Positions 37,835-49,338 of a DNA stretch of 64,000 nt are shown here, one piece after another. The DNA lies in NCBI GenBank assembly GCA_003427395.1, contig BFEA01000002.1:9727950-9791949 (forward strand), read 5' to 3'. Source of the stretch: Chara braunii. Lineage: Eukaryota; Plantae; Charophyceae. A model generated the notes under the pieces. The model had not been told where the DNA came from, ran no database searches, and saw only the letters and a list, made by a program, of their open reading frames with translations. The translations under genes and the position numbers were made by a program. The number at the start of each line of letters is the position of its first letter. Positions within the stretch are counted from its first letter, which is position 1.

Positions 37835-38200
37835 CTTGTAGAGAACGTCTATACCTAGCGTCCGAAGTACCCGTGCGACGGGGCTTGTACGACTATGCTT
37901 CGATTAGGGCTGAGCAGGGTAAGTGGGACTCTGCTTGGCCCCGGTACCTGCAACTGCTGTCCGGTCAAGGTAGCCCCTGAGTGGGTGATAGTCCTGATTG
38001 GTAGACACTGAGGTACTAGGATCGTAGAAGTAGGGGTGCACCTGGGAGAAATTACGAGAGTGGAAGGTTGGGAGAGAGTCTCAGGGGCCCTCTATCGACG
38101 GTCTGATAAACCACATGGAAGAGTGCCGAAGGTGACTGTCATATGTCCAGAATCCCACCTCTACAACAACCTGGGCTTTTATAAAGATTAATAAAAAAAA
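37835..38200 (+). mobile_element. Family B copy 2
   Basis: TTGTAGAG...ATACCTAGCGTCCGAAGT...CCTCTACAACAACCTGGGCT with an A-rich tail. Confidence 0.7.
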
Positions 38201-38304
38201 GATGCCCAGCAACACCCTGAACAACAGTGCAGACAACAGGGCCAGTGGACACTAGCTATGCAACAGTGGGTATTCTGGGAGATAGCCCCGGGCCCAAGGA
38301 TAAT

Positions 38305-38675
38305 TCTTTTTTTTTTTTTTTCCCCAAAAGTCCAGGTTGTTGTAGAGGCTGGCTACGAGGCATATGACAGGCCTGCCAGCACCTGACCATTTGATCATAC
38401 CGATGTATTGCCCAACTGGTCCCCTATGAGACACCCTCCCACCCTTACTCATCATCACGATCCCCGGCGCATCCCTACTCCCAATGTCCTACCCGAGTAC
38501 ACCCAGGGGCCAGAATCATCGCCCATTCTAGTGATCTTTGACCGGACAGTGAATATAGGCATCGCAGCTCAGCAGGTTCTCACATCCCTCCCCAGCCCTG
38601 ATTGAAGGACAATCAAACGAGCAACGTCGTACCAGGCACTTCGAGCGCTAGGGGTAAGCATGCCACTACAAGTCC
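38305..38675 (-). mobile_element. Family B copy 3, tail-to-tail with copy 2
   Basis: Poly(T)-AAGTCCAGGTTGTTGTAGAGG...ACTTCGAGCGCTAGG...CTACAAG. Confidence 0.7.
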
Positions 38676-40323
38676 CATAGCCGAACCCTAGTTTTTCCTG
38701 TTTTTCAGAGAAATCCTAGCCCTCTGGTTATTCTTTGAATTCTTCTGGAGGTTATTCGAACCTGGAGCATCTCCAGTTTCCATCCTCAGTAGGCTTACGG
38801 CCATCATCCGCTCCCCATACCCCTATCATCAACTGGATGTCCAGGCATTCTTTTTTTTTTTTTTTTTTTGAAGAATAGCCCATTGTGTAAGCCCTCTATC
38901 CCAGTAGTGGTGAGAGAACCACCAGGATTGAGGGCTTATCTGTCGGACTGCTCCATCTATTGGTGGGGAGCGGCACCTGCTAGAAACCGGGTCTAGCATC
39001 CCTTGGGTATTACATACTGCACACTGTTGTCGGGGCAGGAGCCAAACACTTCCAATCATGGGCTCCCTGTTCCCTTTGGAGCTGCTACTAACACCCATCC
39101 CGTCGTGGAGCTCTCTCTGTCAAGTGGCTCTGCCTCGCAGCCCCCCATTTATCACAGCGTTACATGCCCTGTACTGCTTGTATCTAATTTTCGTCTCCAT
39201 TCTGTACATTTCGAAACCCTGAGCCGTAAACCCTTCCTACATGTCCCCATCCCGTCCATGGTTTGCAGTGCATCCCCCTTTTGAGTGGACCTGCCCACCC
39301 TGCTTCGTTTCCCTTCAGGAGACTCCTTGTGCCCCTTGGCCACATCCCACCATCCTTCCATCATCCCCCAAGATTCTGCACTCTCACCCTTCTTTCCTGT
39401 CTCTCTTTTTTTTTTCCACAACAACAACCCGGGTTGATGCTAGGGGTGCTGCTAGGAGCAGACATTGCTACCATTCCCCGGGAGGCTCCATCTATTGGTG
39501 GGGAGCAGCACCTGCTGGAAAGCGGGTCCTGTCTCTCCATGTCCTTCCGTGTTTTTCCCTCCAGTTCTTGAAGCCACAGGTTTGTCCGACTGCTTTTGAG
39601 TGCCAGGGAGAGGGGAAGTCTGGAAGTCTAGAGGCATAGGATCATGGGCAAAGGATGGAGGGGCGGGTCGCTGAGTGCCGGACTGTGAAATGAGCTCTTG
39701 GCTTAAGAGGCCACTCACTCTCTCGGTGTCTCCAGTCCTTCCATCGGAGGTGTTGGCCCGAGAGCTCTGCCGTCATCTTTCTCGGCCCTAGCCATTCATC
39801 TTCAAATTGGTCCCCTATCTCTTTGATCTTTTGCTGTTTGACCTGATAGGTGAGGATAGTGTCACCTTCAATAATTTATATTTTGGCCCTCAGGTGATCC
39901 CACGCCTCTTTGGTCCTGACCTTCAGGCAGTCCGCCATGTGGTCCTTGGCTTGGGGATAACCAAAGGTGTGCTGTTTCCGCTCAAAGGAGTTTAGGCATT
40001 CTATTAGCATTCCCCAGGGCAACTCCAGTTTTCGTCCTCAGCGGGTTCACGGCCACCATTCGCTCCCCCAACCTCTATCATCAACGGGAGCTACTTTGGG
40101 CTATGATAATCTGACAGTATTCTCCATGCATGTAACAGACCAACCTTCACCCCCCTAAGACAGCCTCTAATGCAGGTTCCCCGACGATATCCTCCACCAG
40201 GGCCTCCTATCTCAGCTCTAGGTCAACCCAGAGGAACCCTAAGACATCCACTACCGCAGGGGCCCCAACCCTGCAGTACGGATAATGTCCAACAGACCCT
40301 CCCCCCAGCGGAGTCCCTGATCA

Positions 40324-40356
<33 letters not shown>

Positions 40357-40748
40357 GAAATATGGGCCCAGTGCCCAAGGCTTATATTATCAGAGAAAAA
40401 AGAGGCCGGGGTCCCCGGAAAAGGAACCACCTGGGAGCGTTACCCAATTTTGCTTACATAACTGAGCCTGCAGGGGCCAACCCCCCGGAAAGTAAAAAAT
40501 GCAAGAAAACCAAAAGAATAGTAATCATTTTATTCCTAGACCCAGACCAAAGTTAACTGAATCCTATGTCCGAGACCTCTCAGCCCTTAGGCCGTCTGAA
40601 AAGGTTGATCTGCTAGCCTGGATGATAGGACTCAGAACTGGAGTACAAGCCTATAGATTCCCGCATCTATGCTATTCCCTTTCAAGCATCCAAAGATAGA
40701 TCTCTNATGTATTCTCAGTACCACCCTCATATCTATTCTTGCTGGCTC

Positions 40749-43700
40749 TCATTCCCCTTCCCCCCCAAACCACTGAAGATCCACCAAAGCAAGCTGAGAT
40801 GGAGGAAACGGATCCGGAAAAGATTCAGATGATCTCAAGGTAGCTCCTGGTTGAATGTCATACCAGTCTCGAAAGGAGATGTGGTAATCTCTTTTGAAGA
40901 TCACCTGATCCCCTTCCTCACCTGGCCAGACCACCTCTCCCAGTCTCTTCCCTGAAGCATCCCCCAGCCAGTCCAGATTGAATTTTTGAATTTTTAGTTT
41001 AATATCTTTTTTTTGTTTAAGATTCATCTCTTAGTTCCGTTTGTACAAACTGTAGAATTAGATCTGCCATTTCCTTTCCTTCAATCTTTACACCCTCTAT
41101 TGTATTAACACATCTTTAATACCATAATGCCCACAAAACTGCTTTCCTCCCTATCTTAAAAAAGTTTTGGTGGAAATTTGATAATGATACTAGGGGTGGA
41201 TTCCAGTATCCTTATAGTATAGCTCTCCATTCCCATGGCCATTCCAAGCTTGTTGCTCTTTGCCACACATAATCCCAACGACGCCATAACAAGACTGCAC
41301 TTGGGAATTGCAGAAACACATGTTCAATTGTCTCTCTGATTTTCCTGCTAGGAAAGGCTTGTATACATGACTGACACCATGGTAATGTCAAGTCTCTCTG
41401 CTCTAGTGTAGAACGGTCTATCAGCCAATCATTGGTTGGTAAACACCTATGAATTATCTGTCATTGCAACGATGCAAACTTTGCAGGTCTCTCTTTGAGA
41501 CCCTGACACCACTTAGCTGGTTTAATTAAATCCTTATGAATGTTGAGATGACGACTCCAGCGATCTTGAATTATATCTTGAATATTTATTTTTGACCTCA
41601 ATAATCTGTAGGATGCTTTAACTGACAAGGACTGTAATCTTTGAGGTTTACACCTCCTATTTGCTCGCCAAATCCAATCAGCCGGATCCAAGGGAAGTTC
41701 CGAAATGGAATAGTGTGGAAGGAAAACTGTCCATTCTTTGGTCGATGAACAATATAATGTCCTGACTTTGTATAGAGTGTTAAAAGGAAAAAAACAACTC
41801 TATCTTGATTATCATTGGATATTTTGTTGTCTTTATGTATCTTGAACATATTCACTACAACCCCTTTTATATGAATGTCCAAAATTTGACGCACTACCTT
41901 AGTACAGTAAGGTTGGTTCCCACAGACCCAATCTGAGACCAAAAACACTGGACCTTTTTTTAGTATACTTATCCATAGTAGGGGTATGACAGTTGTGATC
42001 TCGTCAAGATTGTTAAGAAGATTGTGTGCATATTTAATTTCCTTCCTTAGAACTTTCACTGTTTTCCAACTCTTACTCCCTGAATCCCACAAATCTTTAA
42101 TTCTTACTATTCCATTTTTTACCCATGTAGACCATGGAGATACAGAGCTTATAAAAACTCTACCATTAGGGTCAGTAATCCATCGATTGCCAAAAATGGG
42201 TTGACGTAATATTTCCTCATATCTAGCAGGTGGAGATCTATTGGGTAGTGGTAATTCCCGCTAGAATTTCAATAATGTTGGTCAAAAATTGTCCAACACC
42301 AAATCTTCTCTAGCTGCCCCCCTTACCCCATATATTACTGAAGGAATATTTGATCGAGGAAAAGCCCAATAACGATCTTCCACCCAAGTAAGAGGATGTA
42401 CCTCACTTTTGGATTGAGGCGCCAATCTCCTAATTTGCTCCAGGGCCAAAGCCTGCCATGGCAGATCTGTGGCTAGTATCAGTCGTTTTAATACTTGAAG
42501 TGTCAAAGCCTGACACTGAATACTTGGGTCAAGAATCCCTAGACCTCCTTTGATTTTTGGTTGGATTAAAATTTTTCATGCCACTCTTGGGATTACGTGA
42601 TTTATCTCATGATCACCTCTCCAAAGAAAAGCTATGAGTTGTCTTTGTAAATCATTGGTAGACACCTTGTTTAAAGACCACAAAACTGATTTATACCAAA
42701 TTGAGGCTAAAATAACATTGTTTATTAACAGAACTCTGCCAAATAAGGATGTCTGTTGATTCTTCCATTGCCTCATTTTCTCCAGTGCCGGTGAGGAAAT
42801 CCACAAATCATTTGAGTTTGGTTTCCCTTGTGCTGTGAGGATCACTCCCAGCACCCTGATTGGAGCCTCCTGTGACAACCATTTGATCTTTGGCAGCTCC
42901 GATGGTCTGTCCCCTTGAGAGTGAATCCACCACCCTTGCGTTTTGTTACCTCAATTAACTAACATATCCGATAACATAGAGAATTTATCCATGATTGCTT
43001 TAATTTCCTCAAAATTGAAAGAAAAAACTTCCATCATTATAGTTATATCATCCGCAAACATGGAATAAATGGGAATTGCTTCTTCTTGAATCCCACCAAT
43101 CCTAAGTCTCTTAAGGTTGCGGTTCTCCCTTAGATTAGCCCCCAAAGCTTTCATTATAATTACAAACAGAAAAGGGGCTAATGGATCACCATGCCTCACC
43201 GATTTCTGGAGTACAATTTCTGAGGAAAGTAGGATTCGAGTTGTTGCATTGGAATGAAGTGTTTGAATCCATTTTCTTATCCTTATACCAAAATCCAATT
43301 TAGTTCGGCATGCATCTAAAAAACTCCAGTCTACATGATCGTAAGCCTTTTCGAAATCTATGAAGATGAATGCGGCATTATGCTGGTTTTTGCGAGATAG
43401 CTTGATCATCTCATTAATTAACAAAATATTCTCTTGTATATTTCTCCCATGAATAAAACCTGTTTGGGAAGGATGGATAATATCTGTCATTACAGGGATA
43501 AAGCGATTAGCAATAGCTTTAGCTAACATTTTGTACACCACCGTAAGTAAGGTGATTGGTCTATAATTACTAATATTAGTCTTATCCCCTTTTTTGTATA
43601 ACAGAGTAAGAACACCTTGACCTACAATCTCCCCTACATTTCCAGAATCCTTCACGTGATTATAATATTTCATAAGATCATCTGCAAGAAAAGGCCACAT

Positions 43701-45271
43701 AATTTTTCAAAATTCCTTGGGAAGACCGTAAATTCCTGGGGTTTTATCTTCCTTCATTTGTAGAAGGGCGGTCCAGATTTCTTCTTTGGTGATTCGTTCT
43801 TCCAGTTTCTCTTTTTGCTCCTGGGTTAACTTTTGAGTCATAGGCGTAAGAAAACTTTGTGTTTCTTGTCCCACTATTGTAGAATCAACCGTGGATGTGA
43901 AGAGGTTTTTAAAAAAATATTATGCTACCTTAAGACTTCCTGCTAACGTGAAAGGTTCAGATTGTGAGGATTTAGTAACGTCTACTAAGGCTTCAATACT
44001 TGTTCTTCTAGCCCTTGCATGAGCAATGGAAAAAAATGAAGAGTCCATTTGACCTTCTGACTGATGTCTGGATAGTTTGCCTCTGATGAGATTACCTTGC
44101 CAACGGTGTTGAGCTAGAGATAGAAGTTGGTTTTTAAGATTGTGGACATCAACTGGTTGGGGAACTAATTCCGGATACTGTTGTTGTTCATATTTTAGAA
44201 TTTGTTCCTGAATTTCTATTCCTCGTATGCGTTTTTGTTTTGCCATTAATTTTGAGAATTCATTACATTTTTTGCCTAGAAACACTAAACCATTGTTAAA
44301 ACATGATATAAAAGATTCATGCTTATCCTTGGTGGAATGCCAAAATTTCCAAAAGTCTTGAATATAGGATCTAAAATCAGGATTCTTAAGAAGGGAAAAA
44401 TTAAGCTTGTAAAAACCTTTCCCTTGATCTGGTTTCTTCCGAAATGAAAGCAGAATGACGCACATCTTATGATCCGCCCCTGGCCATGGCCTATGAGGAA
44501 AGATGTTTACCCCTATTAAGGCACGATCTAGATTTTTCGACATAAGGATCAAGTCTATCCTGAATCTAGTCTGATGGGGGGAGCCACAATTCCTAATACA
44601 AGTAAATAGACGTTCTTGTGGAAAACATCGGCGATATATGTCATAAAGATTCTCAGCTTCACATAATTGTTGGATAATGAGTTCATCCTCTTCAATGTAT
44701 GAAGGACATGGCGAAGGGATCTTCCATCTATCAAACCATCTATCTGGAGCCGCATTGAAATCACCTGCAATTATGATCGGTATTCCTTTTGGAATATAAT
44801 TACGAATATTATGAAGAAAAAAAAAATCCTTTCATTTACATCATTTGGGCCATATATATTAAGAACACATACGACCTCTATTTCCAACATTACTAAAGCA
44901 CAAATCCATCTGCCCTGTTCCTGATCGGTCTCCCAATGGATGACCTCTACCTTGGAATCAAGAGGAACCCAAATGACCACCCCTACTGATCCACTCTGCT
45001 TTGCACAGGCTTGATATTTCTGATTGGGCCAGACTAAGTTATGTGCTCGATTATGTGAAGGGGATTCTGTGAGGTGAGTCTCTTGAATGCAAATCAAATC
45101 TGGCCAAGAACGCCCCCCTACCCCTCTTAGTTGCTCTATAATCGTTTTTCTCTTGACTGTATCTGCTGTAGCTAGGCCATTGACATTGAGAGACCTGAGA
45201 TCTAGATCTGTTGTCTGGGTAACACGATGCCAGGTAGGATTTTTCCCATAAAAGGCCTGCAGTGCTTCCAT
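40749..45271 (-). pseudogene. LINE ORF2 (APE endonuclease, RT, zinc-binding region)
   Basis: SLNVNGL, ICIQETH, NIYGPN, GADH (EN); NYRPITLL, QTGFI, DFEKAYD, RHGDPLAP, MFADD (RT). Confidence 0.95.
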
Positions 45272-45310
45272 TTTTCAAAAAATAATTTTATTAGTTTATT
45301 TAATTCTAAA

Positions 45311-48300
45311 CTACAATCTCACCCAATTTCCTCCATCCAGATCAGACGAGGAAGTGAGCAGTCCCCCGCGAAGAATGGAACAGAGGAAGAATGAAACTTC
45401 AACTATTGACCATAAAACATTTGCCTTTATCTTGAGTTGTTGAAGCTCTAAAAGTGTTGTATGAGAATACCATTTAAGTCCAGATTCCTTATTATCTTCG
45501 AATTTAACAAAGGTATCTCGTTTGGACATCTTGGCTTCTTCACCCATTAGTGTAAGAACTGTTTGCGGCCCTGGATCAAAATGCTTTGACAAGAAATCAT
45601 GCAAATCTCTCGTGAAATTCCTGTCTCCTGGACTTGAATATTCAACATGAGTGGACCACCCTCTTACTGTCACCCCCCCATACTGATCCTGTCCTATTGG
45701 TGATAAACCTACTTCTCATTTTCCACCTTTCTTCCGTATTGGAATCAGCAAATTACCCCTAAGATCATGTATTTTAGTTATCTGACCCTTTTCTAATGCA
45801 TGCCGCATTTTCTGCCTTTTGCCAATATCTAGCACCCCCTTCCCTATTGAAACAGGGGAGCGTTCGTTATTTTCCTTCATCCCAATTTTTATCTGGGGTG
45901 GTGTAGAAAATTCATTTCTAGTTTTTCCTTATTTTTCTTCAACATTCTCTTCATACAGATCCACTGAAGAAGACCTACCTTATTTTTCTCCAACATTATC
46001 TTCGTGCAGATCCAATGAAGAAGAACTGCCCAACTCACTCGTCTCTTCAATTGTTATGATATTTTGCATTATTGTGGTCTCAACCTTCTCCGGAGTTTGA
46101 GGAGGGGGGTTTGTACTCTCAGTACTTTCAACCATTACCTCCTTTAGTACTGACACCGTCCGCACTATTGACATGCAGTCCTCTTCTTTAAAATCACCCT
46201 CTTTAGAAGATGTCGGGGGCTGAAATATACCGGACATTATGTCAAACATGCGTTGTCTAACCACCGGCCAACTGACTCCCTCCGGTAAACCCTGATGTAA
46301 TACTAGATTGAGACTGGAACTACTATTTAATAGATTGAAAAGTTGAACGTATGAGTTATCCCAAAACTCAACCGTAGCTTCTTCAATCCGTGTCTTAAGC
46401 TTCCTGATTAACCATTCAGCCAATTGCTTCAACCTGTGTTCCTCTGTGAAATCTGAGTTAGTGTTACTAGTAGCTTCCTCCATTTCACAATCTTGTGTGG
46501 AGGAAGAGGAATCCACCTCCATTGGGGTTGGACCGAAAGTCTCTTGAAAGAGATCGGATATCTCATCCTTTTGCACCCCCTGATCTTTCTCAAGAGGTTC
46601 CTATTCCGATGCTTGTGATCCCATCTTTGGGATATGCGAATCCACACCAGGTTCCTCTTCCGATGCTTGTGATCCCATCTTTGGGATATGCGAATCCACT
46701 CCTTCTATTTCTTTTTATTGATGTGATTCGGGAGGATCTAAATCTTTGTACGGGCTTGTGGTCTATTTCCTTTTTCTTTTTTTCCTTTTTTTTTCCCCTG
46801 TCACCCGTCTCTTCCAATTGGCTCTGAGAACTTATGAATTCAGATCCATTTTCTCCCTTAACCTCACTCTTTTCAGAGTCCGATTCATATTCCTCCCCTT
46901 TGATTAATTGAATTTCTTCCTCCTTATGTCTCAAGTAGTCTATCGGTTGTGGTTATTGTAATTCATCTTTATTTTCCATTTCCCCTCTTTTGATTACTGG
47001 CCTCCATTGCCGTTGACCTAAGGTCACCTTCCCCTTGCCTTGGATGCCTGAGACCCCTTTCCCCATCAGTTCTTTCTCCCCCGTAGACAAGGATTCTTGA
47101 GACTTTTGAGAATCATTGGAGGAAGGTTGTGTGTGCTTACCCGTCATTGTCGACGTTTCTGCTAAAACTCGCCCCGGTAATGCTTCTGGGGGTAACCAAC
47201 CATCAAGAGGTTTAGTATCCCAGTTTGGATTTCCCTGACTCTCCCATATCCATCCTTGTGGGACTTCCCCTTTTTTAGTACTCTCCACATATACCCAACC
47301 TTCATGCCCTGCATCAACTGTACGCCAGAGGTTGGGTTTGAATGGATCCCTAATGAGTCTTCCTGTCGCACGATTCTTTTTTGTTGGATTGAGATTACAG
47401 GTTGGATCCGTGCTCAAATGACCATACGCACGACACCTAAAACACCATGGTCTTAATTTGTGAGCCGTGTGAATGTGATATTCTCTGCCCCCCACCCTAT
47501 ATGGTATAACAACATCTATATTAAACGGAATGTTGGTTGGATGATTGAGTGCCAATATGAGATAATCATCCCTTTTGGCTGCATAGGTTGGAAGGGGATC
47601 AATGAAATCAACTATATCATAATTGACCCCAAAGTCGTGTATAAAAGCCGTTTGGATTTCAATCGGGATATGTCTAAATTCAACCCAATAGAAATCCTCC
47701 ATCATTTGTTTTCTCCTCTCATCTGGCCCTTGTTTCGGCTGCGTCCAAGGATAGATGCGAACTTCCGATCGTTCACACCTCAATTTCCTCCAACTCTCGA
47801 TAGTCTTTTTGTCGGCAATATGCAAACATAATACTGTAAACATAGTTGCTGACACTGGAAGAATGAGAAAATTTTCACACACTGCCTCATAACTACCTTT
47901 AAATGATGATAATCTCTTACAAATCCACTTGATCTTCTCATTAGTGGATTTGTACGCCGAATCATCATGAAAAACCCAGTTATTTCCGTGTGTGAAATAG
48001 ATTGTGTTGCGTTCCTCCAATTTATGTGCTGGGTAAGTTTTAATCAAAGCCTTTTTCCCTGCTGAATCTATCACTCGGCTCTCTGAAGAAATAATAAATT
48101 TAGAAAGAAAAAAGGTTTTTGCCATGGGGAGATTGCGCAGGGGAATTTTCAGAGGTTGTGATTGCAATCCCTACCTGCGAATTTCCAATTCCTTGGCTTG
48201 ATATGAACCCTAAACACGTTGTGCCCATGATGAATGGCCTGTTTTCTGTTGATTCGTATTTTGTTGTGGAGAGTCCACCCCCTGATGTTGTGTTTGAGAG

Positions 48301-48512
48301 TCATGAAGATCAGCCTGCTGTAACGATTTCTGATTTCCCCCTTGACCTCCAGCATCATCCTTCACTCCCTCCACCCATTCCTTACCTCTACTTGTCCCTC
48401 CCCTTCTTTCCCACCCTTCCCTTTTTCCCCTGCCCTCCTTTCCTTCCCCTCCTGTTTCCTCATTTTCAGCCTTCTCTTCCTTCTCCCCCTTTTTCTCCAG
48501 CAATGCAAACAC
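45311..48512 (-). pseudogene. LINE ORF1 (long, interrupted)
   Basis: ORF pieces 48210-48512, 46953-48167 and 46590-46934 share one frame; CFRCRAYGHLSTDPTC knuckle; lies upstream of the endonuclease. Confidence 0.8.
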
Positions 48513-49338
48513 GGGCGACGGAGGGGATGTGCATGAGCGCGTCTCATTTGCTCATGCTGCTGTGGATACTCACGTCTGGGGACGCATGTGGCCACGGCTG
48601 GCGGGCGCATCTGCACAATGAGTGGGCGAGCGAGGCCAGAAGGGCGCGCATGAGAACTTGGCAAGAAGAGCATGTAAGGTTGGTCGAATGGGCATAGGCA
48701 TCCTCTACAGCCTGTTGCCATGGCTGGTGGCCGAAAGGGAGTTATCAGGGTCTCACACGTCAGCTGCTAGCCTGTGAGCGAGCATGTCACGTCAATACTA
48801 ACGTTGCATTGAGGTTTTCTGGTTCTGGAACAGTGCTGGCACGGGGCGGGAAGGCTAATTTACAGACGCAATGAGGTGGATTCTGGAAAGGTGCAACGGG
48901 CTGGTTCCTCTACACTTGTTTCCCTCTGGCTTTTGAAAGCACTAGTGTGCCATCTTTCTATTCCGCGCTCCATAAGAGTAATGGTGCAGGCTAGCATGTC
49001 GTACAGAGGGGAGTATTGTTTATGTTGAGCTTTGCTTCAGGAGTGATAACTTCCACTCTTTTTGTCTTGCAAATTTGTGGTGAAGGAGGTCGGCTAGCCG
49101 CAAGAAAAAAAAGAGTAGAGTGTGTCCCGTGGGGTGGGAGGAGGATTTTTGGGAGGAAATGAGTGGGTGGTCATCGAGTGAAGTTCAAGATCTACTCAAG
49201 AGTTCATTACAAGAGCGAGGGTTTCTACTCGAGGTTACTGGCCGATTGATCGTTTTCCTATTTGCTTAATGAAGAGCCGATCTATTGGCGTAATATACTC
49301 AGGCCCAGCTAGGAGCTCACGGTCTAACAAATCTCACA

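Larger units (their letters stand above)
40328..48720 (-). mobile_element. Near full-length L1/Tx1-like LINE, decayed; 5' end uncertain
   Basis: ORF1 with a CCHC knuckle, APE endonuclease, RT, C-terminal zinc motif, and poly(T) at 40328-40357. Confidence 0.93.
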
